64,000 nt of DNA, from the NCBI GenBank assembly GCA_977018835.1, contig OZ361256.1, positions 7,254,001-7,318,000 of the forward strand, read 5' to 3'. This stretch comes from Minutocellus sp. GHC0000111. Lineage: Eukaryota. Made by a program: the position numbers and the translations under genes. The notes beneath the pieces were generated by a model that saw only the letters and a list, made by a program, of their open reading frames with translations, was not told where the DNA came from and made no database searches. Every line of letters begins with the position of its first letter. Within the stretch, counting starts at the first letter, position 1. Positions 34,284 to 45,095 of this stretch are shown here, in pieces.

Positions 34284-35429
34284 TTAGAGACCGAAGCCAT
34301 CGGCGCAGACGTCGCCCTGCTTGGAGATCTTCTCGTAGTAGGCCTTGCCCTTGGCCTTGTACTGCTTCTTCTCCTTGTTGGAAGCACGGCGCTTGGCAAG
34401 GATCTCCTCCTTCTTGGTGGCGCGGGCCTCCATGGCGCGGGTCTCGGAGGCACGGGCAGCGGCGGCGTAGGGGTTGAGCTTCTCGAGGGCCTTGATGTTG
34501 TCGAGGGGGTTCTTCTTGCGGAGGAAGCGGCGGTTGGCGCGCTTGGCGGGGTTGACCACGGACTGGATCTCGTCGGAGTTGATGATACGGGCGAGGTCGG
34601 CGTTGACCATGGGGGGAGGGGGGATGCGCTTGCCGTCCTCACCGTAGATGGTGTCGAGGGCCTCGAGGGCGGACTTGGACCAGACGCAGAAGCGGCCCAT
34701 GTGTCCACCGGGGGCGAGCTGGAGGAGGTTGAGGCGGTCGACGTTGCAGAGCTCGACGCCGGGGAGGTTGCGGAAGGCCTGCTCGACACCGTCGTTGTTG
34801 GAGTAGATGATCAGAGGACCACGACGGAGGGTGTAGCGGCGATTGCGCATCTTGCCCTTGCCGGCACGGATCTTCTTGGAGTCGGCGGCCTTCTCGACGT
34901 CGGCAAGGGCGCCAACCGAGGCGAGGATGTCCTTGGCGGCCGAGGTCTTCTTGGTGGACTCAACGGCGTTGTCGAGGACGAGGGGGATCTCGGGGACCTC
35001 GTCGACGCGGTGTCCACGGGCCATGACGAGGGCGGGGACGGCGGTGGCGGCGAGGGCCGAGGCGACGGCGTAACGCTTCTGGGTGGTGTTGATCTTCTTG
35101 TGCCACTTGCGCCAGGTCTTGGTGGGGTTGAACATACGTCCGCCACGGCACATGTTGCCGAAGGCACCCTGTCCGGAGCGGGAGGTACCGCCACCGCCGA
35201 CACGGGGGATACGGGCGACGGCACGGCCGGTACCCCAGGAGGAGGCCGAGACCTGCTTGCCGGCGCGGATGGAGACGGCGTAGGCCTGACGGTTGTTCTT
35301 GTTCATGTTGGTGTGGACGAACTGAACAATGTCGGCACGGAGGGGAGCCGTCATGACGGCGGGGAGGGTGGCCTCACCGGCCTTGTCGCCGGTGGTGCTG
35401 AAAACAGAAACGAGGGGTCTGGCAGCCAT
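34284..35429 (-). CDS. RPL4: 60S ribosomal protein L4 (uL4)
   Basis: [49 protein letters not shown]; strong C/G third-position bias. Confidence 0.98.
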   Translation of the reverse strand: MAARPLVSVFSTTGDKAGEATLPAVMTAPLRADIVQFVHTNMNKNNRQAYAVSIRAGKQVSASSWGTGRAVARIPRVGGGGTSRSGQGAFGNMCRGGRMFNPTKTWRKWHKKINTTQKRYAVASALAATAVPALVMARGHRVDEVPEIPLVLDNAVESTKKTSAAKDILASVGALADVEKAADSKKIRAGKGKMRNRRYTLRRGPLIIYSNNDGVEQAFRNLPGVELCNVDRLNLLQLAPGGHMGRFCVWSKSALEALDTIYGEDGKRIPPPPMVNADLARIINSDEIQSVVNPAKRANRRFLRKKNPLDNIKALEKLNPYAAAARASETRAMEARATKKEEILAKRRASNKEKKQYKAKGKAYYEKISKQGDVCADGFGL

Positions 35430-35756
35430 GATTGCTAGTAGTTAGGTGTGCGATCCTCACACGCGGTACGGTCCTTGAAATGTGATGAAAAGCAGATGAA
35501 AAGACGAGATGGCGGAACGCAAAGGGTCATGAGCCCAATTTCTACACTCCTTACTTGAATATTTTTCATAATTTTTAGTAAATAATATAAAAGTTCGGGA
35601 GTGAATTGAGGTACTGAGCCTAACAAAGCAGCACAAGATGGGCGCGTTACCTCGTACCTCTCTACTAACGCAGGACCGTCCATCCTATCCTCTCTCCTTC
35701 TTCGTACTTTTGCTTTCGAGCCAGGTTAGTATTACCACCCCCCAATCTACTTAACC

Positions 35757-36725
35757 ATGTCCGAGACTCTCTCCCTTCGCGGCACCCTCAGCGGCCACGG
35801 TGACTGGGTCACCTCCATCGCCACCACCCCCGAGGACCCCAACCTCGTCCTCTCGTCCTCCCGTGACAAGTCCGTCATCTGCTGGACCCTCACCCACTCC
35901 GGCTCCGGCGAGGACAACTCGTACGGCTACGCCCGCCGTGCCCTCCGCGGCCACTCCCACTTCGTCTCCGACGTCGTCATCTCCTCCGACGGACAGTTCG
36001 CTCTCTCGGGCTCCTGGGACGGCACCCTCCGCCTTTGGGAGATCAACTCCGGCAAGACCACCCGCCGCTTCGTCGGCCACTCCAAGGACGTCCTCTCGGT
36101 CGCCTTCTCCGTCGACAACCGCCAGATCGTCTCCGGCTCCCGCGACAAGACCATCAAGCTCTGGAACACCCTCGGCGAGTGCAAGTACACCATATCCGCC
36201 GGCGGCGAGTCCGAGGGCCACACCGAGTGGGTCTCCTGCGTCCGCTTCAGCCCCAGCCAGTCCGTCCCCCTCATCGTCTCGTCCGGCTGGGACCGCCTCG
36301 TCAAGGTCTGGAACCTCACCAACTGCAAGCTCCGCAACGACCTCGTCGGCCACACCGGCTACCTCAACACCGTCTGCGTCTCCCCCGACGGCTCCCTCTG
36401 CGCCTCCGGAGGCAAGGACGGCACCGCCATGCTCTGGGACCTCAACGAGGGCAAGCGCCTCTACAGCCTCGACGCCGCCGACACCATCCACTCCCTCGTC
36501 TTCTCCCCCAACCGCTACTGGCTCTGCGCCGCCACCGACGAGTGCATCAAGATCTGGGACCTCGAGTCCAAGGTCATCGTCGACACCCTCCGCCCCGAGG
36601 AGTTCGACACCTACCAGGGCCGCGCCCCCCACTGCACCTGCCTCGCCTGGTCGGCCGACGGTGCCACCCTCTTCGCTGGTTACTCCGACAACGTCATCCG
36701 CGTCTACTCTGTCACCACCATGTAA
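35757..36725 (+). CDS. RACK1: RACK1 (WD40, 40S-associated)
   Basis: [56 protein letters not shown]. Confidence 0.98.
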   Translation: MSETLSLRGTLSGHGDWVTSIATTPEDPNLVLSSSRDKSVICWTLTHSGSGEDNSYGYARRALRGHSHFVSDVVISSDGQFALSGSWDGTLRLWEINSGKTTRRFVGHSKDVLSVAFSVDNRQIVSGSRDKTIKLWNTLGECKYTISAGGESEGHTEWVSCVRFSPSQSVPLIVSSGWDRLVKVWNLTNCKLRNDLVGHTGYLNTVCVSPDGSLCASGGKDGTAMLWDLNEGKRLYSLDAADTIHSLVFSPNRYWLCAATDECIKIWDLESKVIVDTLRPEEFDTYQGRAPHCTCLAWSADGATLFAGYSDNVIRVYSVTTM

Positions 36726-37244
36726 GCAGATGATGCCGGTAGTAATGGTGTACTAGCTTAGTTTATGTACAAGTAAATTAACGAGTGACAACGTTGTTCT
36801 GGGAATGATATGATGTGATGCGACGTTTTTATTGTACGATAGTTAGTTAGTTGTAGGGACGCTGCGCATGAGACATTCGATATTGGATCTGAAGATATCT
36901 ACTGTTCAGTTCCGGTACTTGCACTGGCACTCATATAAACGAGATGATATGCTGTGTAATACAGTCACATATTACATGTATCGCGTGACAAAAAAGAATT
37001 ACTAATGATACCATTACCGTACATCTTCTTTTCGTCAAGTAGGATACATTCATGAGTCTTCCCTTCAGAATGAATCTAATAGAAGAAAGTCGACCAACTA
37101 AAATACAAATACAGTGGGGTGATGGATGGATGGATTGAGTCTTGTTGTTGTGTGGAGTGGCATGTGCTGTGAATTACCTTGATACCGAACAAACAATATC
37201 AGGTTTACTGTGTGTGCGCTTCAGATTAAATCCATGGTGGTAGT

Positions 37245-37267
37245 GGGGTGGGTGGGTGGGTGGGTGG
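37245..37267 (+). other. (GGGT)n tract, potential G-quadruplex
   Basis: GGGGTGGGTGGGTGGGTGGGTGG: five G3+ runs with 1-nt loops. Confidence 0.6.
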
Positions 37268-37371
37268 AAACAAATACAAACAGGTATGCATCTTTGAGTG
37301 GTGGTGGGTGAACAATTGTGTGGAGTGGGGTTTATGCAGTGATGCAGTGCATAGTATTGGGTGTATTGACC

Positions 37372-38766
37372 TCAAGCTGCGAGAGAGCGGAAAGGGCTGA
37401 GAGTAGTAGCTCTCGCAAGCGATGGTTGAGGAGGGAGAATCTCAATTTTCTTGGGGGCGGTAGATGTGCGACGAAGGCGCTTGTTTGCCGGAGCTGCCAT
37501 CATCCTGGCGGATTGCTTGAGGGACATTCGTCTCTTACTGCCTGGTTTGGCACTCGCGGTGCCCAACGTAGCCTTCTTGGCGGTCTTGGGAGGCTCTCGC
37601 AGGGCGGATGTATCCTCAGCGATGACGGAGGCCAGCTCGAGCGACGCACAAAGGGCGAGCTTGCACATTTTACTTCCAGATTCGCTCTGAACATGATCCG
37701 ATAGGACGCTCGATTCATGCGTACCAGAAACGATGGGGAAATCATTGTGCGATACGGACTTGAGGACCATGGCCCGGGCCTGGTTGCGCATCGAAAGTAG
37801 ATACTTGGCGGCGTCGATGGTAAGTTCGAATCTAGTGATGAGGTTGTCTCCACAAGGGTGGAAAAAGGCATGGATGATGGCCGGTGCTGTGACGATGGCA
37901 TTGGTTTTGGCGCCATAGACGGTGGCATCGATCAACAGGTTGAAGACCAGGTTGGCCTTGAGGCAGATCTCCTGTTGATTGATATCCCTCTCATCATCGG
38001 TAGATATATCGACAACCTGAAACGAAGAAGAAGCGTAGCTCACATCGATGGGGATATCACCCTCTGTGCTGGTCATGCTGGTCAGGTACGAAGTGGCAAT
38101 GTTCTCAGCTCGATCTCGTACGTCCTTGGGACTGTCCTGACGATGACGTTCGAGCTGAATGTTGAAGAATTGCTTGGTGTTCGCGACGGTGAGAAAGGCG
38201 AAGGAATCCAGGGCGCGGCTGGTCATGTCCTTTAGGCCAGCAGGCACGTCCTGAGAGGAAGCCGGCATGGGAATTGAAATGACCTCGTGAGCTGTTTGGA
38301 GTGCCATTGAGGAGGAGATATTCTCGCTTTGCGTTGATTCGTAGTCATACTGGCCATTCATTCCACTGCCTTGGCCGCGTGTGGAGGCGGAGGAATTGGT
38401 TGCGTTGATAGGCTTGAAAACAGCCAGGGATGGAAACAATGACGGCTCGGAATCACCATGTGCCGCCGAGAAAGAATCGACGCTACTTTCATCGCTGCTA
38501 ACGGCGATGGGATTGTTGACGCAGGTGAAGCATGGTTCGTAGCGTTTCTTGGATAGGAGAGCCCGAAGTCTGGGGCTAGGCCTGGGACTGCTGCCCGGTC
38601 CACTTGCTTTACGTGTAGGCGAAGCCGAACCGGAATTCTGGTGCCGCCGAAGTTCGGCTTCTGCTGGGTCACGGATTCCTGCAACTCTGGCGCTGAGAAG
38701 AGATACGAAGAGGCGCAAAGTTTCCTCCGGTGACGACGGAGGGCAGAGAGATGTGCTCTCGTCCAT
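37372..38766 (-). CDS. Hypothetical protein (diatom-type family, Ser-rich termini)
   Basis: Long ORF with an ATG at 38766 and a globular-looking core (FNLLIDATVYG...TAPAII...LTIDAAKYLLSMRNQAR). Confidence 0.7.
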   Translation of the reverse strand: MDESTSLCPPSSPEETLRLFVSLLSARVAGIRDPAEAELRRHQNSGSASPTRKASGPGSSPRPSPRLRALLSKKRYEPCFTCVNNPIAVSSDESSVDSFSAAHGDSEPSLFPSLAVFKPINATNSSASTRGQGSGMNGQYDYESTQSENISSSMALQTAHEVISIPMPASSQDVPAGLKDMTSRALDSFAFLTVANTKQFFNIQLERHRQDSPKDVRDRAENIATSYLTSMTSTEGDIPIDVSYASSSFQVVDISTDDERDINQQEICLKANLVFNLLIDATVYGAKTNAIVTAPAIIHAFFHPCGDNLITRFELTIDAAKYLLSMRNQARAMVLKSVSHNDFPIVSGTHESSVLSDHVQSESGSKMCKLALCASLELASVIAEDTSALREPPKTAKKATLGTASAKPGSKRRMSLKQSARMMAAPANKRLRRTSTAPKKIEILPPQPSLARATTLSPFRSLAA

Positions 38767-39253
38767 TGTGCTGGATTTAGTTGGGGGTGGAGGTCCTGGT
38801 TCTCGTTCAATTGATGAATAATAACACAAGATTTTGCCAGGGGAAAATCTTGACACTGGTTGACGCTCTGCAGAATTGAAGATACACACGTGCGTGGTGG
38901 GGCGAATTGAAGTTCTTGCCGAAAGTTGTCCCAAACTGTTATGTCACTGCCAGCTGTTTGTTCTTCCAAATCAGCGGCCCAGCAACCCTGTGGCACTTGC
39001 GCTTCAACATTTATCGTCACAAGTGCACAAAATTGACACAACAGCAGAGAAAAGGCCTTGGTTTCTGGCCTGGTTTTCTGTCGATTCTTAAGGAGCTCCT
39101 TAATTAGCCGATTACGATTGCGGCAGGTTGGCAGGTTGCAGGGGCTGCTGGCTGGGGAAAGAGGTTTGCTTCCTCGCTTCCTCCCACAGAGAGTTTCCCT
39201 CACACCCACGGGCATCTGCCTTGCGACTTGACTTGCCGAGGCCGATCCTACAC

Positions 39254-40332
39254 ATGTCAAGCGTTGGGAGCATGGGTTTGCGGTATGTCTTGTTTGTTCT
39301 AATAAACCTGCACGTGCTACAGTTTGTTTCCGCCGATAGAAATTCCCAGAGCGTACATGTGCATGTATTCAAAGATGAAATTCGACGCCTCGGCACGGTC
39401 GCCAACGATTTCTCGTCCCCCCTTCCGATATCATATGTGAATGTCAAAGATTTGCCACCATCATTTGATTGGGGGAATGTTGGCGGTCGGTCCTTCCTTA
39501 CACACTCCTTGAATCAGCATTTACCCCATTATTGTGGATCTTGTTTCGCCCATGGGTCGCTCTCTGCGTTGGCCGATCGAATCAAAATTGTCCGAGGTCC
39601 CTTGTCCCCCGACATCAACCTGTCGATCCAATTTGTGCTCAACTGTGGTTCCGATATCGCGGGATCGTGTCATGGTGGGAGTGGATCTGGTGTCTATGAA
39701 TTTGTGAAGAAAAACGGATTTGTACCTTTTGACACCTGCATGCCCTACGTTGCGTGTTCGGCAGACCTCGAGAATGGCATATGTGAGCACATGGACTTTT
39801 CCTGCTCCTCCATCAACACCTGTCGTACATGTACACATTTGGGGTGTGGAGAGGTGGACATATTTCCCAATGCAACGGTGGCGGAACATGGGACAATAAA
39901 ATTCAACATTGATGCAATAAAGGCTGAAATTTTTGTCCGGGGACCCGTAGCGGCGAGCATCAATGGAAAAGAATTGCACACATAGATACGAATGCGAGCA
40001 ATCGAACAACGCACATTGTTTCCATTGTTGGATGGGGGATTGACAAGGAAAGCGGAATGGAATTTTGGAGGTGCCGTAATTCTTGGGGTGAATTTTATGG
40101 CGAGATGGGATTCTTTCGTATTGGACCGATTGGAAGGAATGTCCTCGGCGTTGAGAGCGAGGTCGTGTGGGCTACGCCGGGGCAGTGGACCGAACACAAT
40201 GTGCCTTGTTGGGAAGATGGAAGCAATTGTCAAAAGAACAATTCAAATACGGGATACTACGCCGATCCATCAAAAAACTTTGTGGCAGAACTTTCTCAGA
40301 GAAGGCAACTTTCGTCGGGTAGAATATACTAG
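39254..40332 (+). pseudogene. CTSZ: Cathepsin Z/X (papain family C1A) disrupted by a frameshifting deletion at ~39983
   Basis: Signal peptide, LPPSFDWGNV, NQHLPHYCGSCFAH (cathepsin X mini-loop), IKAEIFVRGPV. After ELHT the YxGGI segment is missing, and HIVSIVGWG...RNSWG continues in another frame. Confidence 0.85.
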
Positions 40333-40456
40333 AAGTAACTTGCATGAATTGTCTCTATGATTTATATAAAATATCAAATTTTTTGTGCATTTTGTATCTA
40401 TCCAAATATTGGAATGAAAAAAATAAACGTAAAAAATGATTTCAAAAACGGACTTC

Positions 40457-42116
40457 TCACGGACTGCTACGCTTGCCACCGCCGCTCATAGTTCTCTTGA
40501 CCTTTCGTACGGCGCTCTGGCAAGCATCCTCGACAATTCGAACAGGAAAGGCAGACGTGTAAGTCTTGGTAATGTAGCGCTGCTGCTTGGCCTTCTTCAC
40601 ACTCTTCCAAGCTAACCGAAGCTCCTCCTCGGTGTAATCCGTCTGCAGGAGCAACAAGTTGCGTCGTTGGTAATAGTTCAGACCCATCTGGCGAAGATTG
40701 CGACGTTTGGGATGATGAATCTCGTACTCATCGATGTCGAGCGGATCATACTCGAGATAATCCCAAGTTAGTGTGATGGGAGGGCCGTACGATACGTTGG
40801 GATGATCTGTTGAATTCGAGGCGGAGGAGAAACGTGGAGAAATGAAAACGATCGTGATGAGGATTTTTGTGAAAATAAAATACTCACGCGAGAGATGCAA
40901 GCAATCATGTGCAAATTGCTTAGTGTAGTGCAGATGGCAATAAAAACGTACCTCCAAGTGTGATGCCATAGTCTCTAACGGTAACCTCGTGGAAAATGAC
41001 ATTCCTCTTGGGCTTTCGTGGCTCTGTATCCTGTCCCCATGCCTTCTTCATACAGGAACGGAGCGGCTCGTTCGGATCGCATTTCTTGTGCGCCACAGCC
41101 GTAATCGGCTCGTCGTGCACCTCGGTGCGTTCCACAGAAACCTCATCGGCATCGGCAGCGGTACCAGCGGCGACATCAGCATCGACAACGTTGGCTGCAG
41201 CAGAGGCGCTGGGCAAGGGATCATCGTTCTCATTCTCATTCTCCTCGTCCGAGCTCTCCTCTTCGGCCACCACCATCGGTTTGACCTTGGGCCGGAGGTA
41301 CTGCGTCTCCAAGTGCAGCAGGTTGTCCTGGCTCTCCCTCTTGGACATGTGCACAAACTGCTTCGGCTTGAGGTAGTCCTGCAGATGAGGGTTCTCCTCG
41401 TGCTCCTCGTCGTCCAACACCTGATTGTGACGGATCTGTACATGGATGCTGTCCTCCATCGTGCACCGATGATGGAATCTGGCGGGTACGGCTTTTGGCT
41501 TTCGGTTCGCTGAGGGCGCAGGCACCGAAGGCTTCGACGTAGGCCGGGTAGTATTCATGTCTCCTCCTCGGCCGCTAACGTCGACGTCGCCGGCACTGTT
41601 GGACCGATGATGCTGCATCGTATGGCGACGCAAGGACCCAAGCTTTTGAAGCAGCCCCCTTGTTGTCGTCATCTGCTTCGGTTGGTCGCTGTTGTCAGTG
41701 CTGTCGAGATCGGTGGCGAGGTGGCCGAGGCTATTGGCGCGCTTGGCGACGGGACGAGCAGGAGAAGAAGAATCCGCGCCCGCTGGTGCCGGCGGCGCCA
41801 CTGCTACTCCGGCGTCGGCGGATTGAGCATGTGAGATGCCCTCCTCACCGCTCCCGCTTCCTTCAAGCGAAATGAGATGGTTGTAGCTACCGCTCGTCGT
41901 CATGGTCGTCCCGCTCTCGCTCAGCCGTCTCCTGGGTGCTGCTCCAAAATAGCTCTTTGGGGGTGCGGCCGGAACTTTGACGATTTCGTCGAAGACGGGA
42001 ATTTTTTCCTTTAGCAGCTTCTTCGGGTCAAAGTCGGCCGCCGCTGGGTTAGATTCTTGCTGGTAGCGATGCGACTCCTTATCCAGCGGGTCGATGCTTG
42101 TGGTCGTTTCAATCAT
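40457..42116 (-). CDS. Diatom-type protein with CSRNP-N-like motif (V.F..V.VR.Y...LGDHP.VS.GPPITL.W); exons 42116-40952, 40806-40457
   Basis: Intron 40807-40951 (GTACGT...CAG) joins GITLG|DHPNVSYGPPITLTWDY; RVxF-like KRNVIF precedes it. Confidence 0.75.
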
Positions 42117-42486
42117 ATCGACGGGGTGGCTTTGTGTGCCGTTGGTACCGGAGAACGCAATACGATGTTTTTCATTAGTTAGTTTGGTGCCGCGCCGTCG
42201 AATGCGAACGAACGACCAGCAAAAGTGCGAAAGTGCCGGAGGAAACGCACACACGCACACAGCCACGCACATTGATGGCAACATGATGCATGCAATTTCA
42301 ACTCCATAAACGAACCCGGAGGTCTGTCTGTCGTAGTCCGACCATCGCCGTATCCCGCCCAGCCCGCCCACTTGACTCCTCGACGTGTACGAGTATGTAG
42401 AGTTGACTCTGACTTGACTTGACTTGCCCTTGCTGCTCCTGTTGCGCCGTTCACCGCTTTCCTCGCCTCAACATCGCATCGCACCG

Positions 42487-45015
42487 ATGGACGCAGCAGC
42501 AGGTGATCAGCAGCAGCCACCGAGCAAGAAGGCTCGCACGGGGTCCTCCTCTGCCGCCTCATCTGGCTCGTCGCCATCATCATCATCATCCGACGTCCCC
42601 CGTTCCAACCACTACGAGGTATCTTACCTCCACCGGTCGACGGTGACCCGCGCCGTGTGCTCCTCCAAGCATGGCTACGTTCTGACTGCCAGTGAGGATG
42701 GGTACGTCAAATTCTGGAAGCGGCTGAGCAGCGGCGGTGGCGGTGGTGCCGAGGCAGCAGGTGCCGGCGGCGGTGCTGGTGGTGGTCCACCCTCGCGATG
42801 TCTCGAATTCGTCAAGTCCTACACGGCCCACATCGGACCGGTGCTAGCCCTGGTGGTGAGCCAACCCGAGGGCGGTACGGCCGCCTCCGTCGGTCAGGAT
42901 GGAACCATCAAGTTGTATGACGTGGGAACATTTGACGTTACGGGAATGATCAAAACTCGCAACGTGAGAGGTGGCGCCGACGACGCAGGCGGTGACCAAA
43001 TTGAGCTCGGAATGCACGCTGCCTTCCTGGGCGAAGACCAGTCGCTGATTGCCGTGTCGTCGGCGTCTACTCCATCACCAGCCGGAGAGGACGATTCCGA
43101 TTCCGACGACGATGGGCCAGCTCCTCAGCCATCCGCGGGTGGTGCCGGTGTCGGTGCCGGTGCTGCCTCATCCCAACGAAGGGATGCCGGCGTCGGGGCC
43201 ATTTATGTGTTTTCCACCGTAACTCTATCGCCCCAGCCAGTCAAGGTGGTCAAGCTTCATGCCTCGCCCGTGACGGCGTTGGCGTACAATGCCGTCCATA
43301 ACTGTGCCATCAGCTGCGATGGAAAGGGGGTGATTGAGCTGTGGGATGGGTCCAACCTCGGCGGTGCCGGTGGAAAGGAAGGAGAAGAATATGCCTCCAT
43401 CGGATCGCCCCCGGTCGCGGCTCGGAATGGCATCCGTTATGCATCGAAATTCGACACCTCTCTGTATGATTTGATGAAGAAGAAGACCTATGCCGTAGCC
43501 CTTGCCATATCGCCGAACGGGTCCAAATTTGCCATTTACGGCAGGGATCGCAAGGTTCGGATTTTGGACTACGCCACATGCAAGTCCGTCGTTACCTACG
43601 ACGAACGCTCCAAGGTGTACGACAGCATGGTGCAGAAACGAGCTGAGAAGGTTGCCAGAGGAGACAGAGTGGATCCCAGTGGCATTGATGCCATTGAATA
43701 TGGAAAGAGGGCGGCGTTGGAGCGAGAGATGGACGACACTCTCGTCATGTCGGGCGGGACGGAAACAGAGGCTGTCCTCATGAGGGATAGCGGATCGCAA
43801 CTGCTGTCACTGCAATTCGATCCGACTGGGAGGCATATCCTCATTCCTACGATACTGGGAATCAAGGTGATTAACTTGAACTCAAACAAATGCATGGCGG
43901 TTGTTGGCAAGGCAGACGCATCGGCCCTGCGTTTCCTCTCGGTTTGTCTCTGCAGTGGCGACGCAAGAGTTGATAAGCAAATTCAGCTGGCGAGAAGTGG
44001 AGGATCTGCCGCGGCCATTGATCACGACGAGTCCAAGAAAAAGTCGGACGCACTCATTGTTGCATTAGCATACAAGAAGCGTCGTCTGTATGTGTTCAGC
44101 CATTCCGATCCTGTCAGTGAAGCGGAGAAAAATGGTGATGACGAGGAGGCCGTGATCATGAACAGAGACGTAATGAACGAACCTCCCGATGCCGATGATA
44201 TGCTTGTCGCCGGTGGTGGACGCGGGGAGAGTGAAAACAAATTGGGCAATGAGGCCATCCTCCGTACCACCAAGGGAGATATACATATCAAGCTCTTCCC
44301 TAATGCTGTTCCTCGAACTGTGGAAAACTTTTGTGGCCATTCCAAGAGTGGATACTACGACGATGTTATCTTCCATCGTGTCATTAAAGGTGAGCACATT
44401 CATTTCGTATCCGTTTGGTCCTTTGGCTGTCTTGGCGATATTGATTGAATTCTAGGTGTTTCGTATCGGCGCGTCTCTGCAGTAGCTCGTACTGGCACAC
44501 CCGCCACGTTTATTCGCCCCAGTAATCAAAGCCGCTCACCAATTCCTCCTCTTCTTTTCTTTCATTCATTCAAAAAAAAATTAAAAAGGCTTTATGCTTC
44601 AAACTGGGGATCCTCTAGGTGATGGTACCGGCGGCGAATCGATCTGGGGAGGTGAATTTGAAGATGAATTTGTTCGGGAACTTCGACATGATCGTCCATT
44701 CACTGTCTCGATGGCCAATGCTGGACCGGGCACCAAAGGCAGTCAGTGTGGGTACAAATATCTCTTGTTTTGCGTTCCTTTTTTCTTCACCATGACATAT
44801 TTGTTCTAACTCAGCTAACGCTTTTCTTTATCCATTTTTCTTCCAATGTAGTCTTTATTACAACGGTCCCGACACCCTGGCTGGACAATAAGCACACGGT
44901 CTTTGGCAGGGTCACCAAGGGTATGGATGTTTGTACTGCCATCGAGAATGTGCAAACTGATGAGCTGGACAAACCGCTCAGCGAGATACGCATCATGAGT
45001 GTCGATATCCTCTAG
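42487..45015 (+). CDS. PPWD1: WD40-repeat cyclophilin PPWD1/CYP71; exons 42487-44389, 44589-44747, 44852-45015
   Basis: [35 protein letters not shown]; cyclophilin [47 protein letters not shown]. Confidence 0.95.
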
Positions 45016-45095
45016 ATCTAGCTAGCTACTCCTTAAATTCCGGTATAATTGTAACTTTCCCCTACTATTAGTTAGCGCTCTTCTGTGAATTGCGC

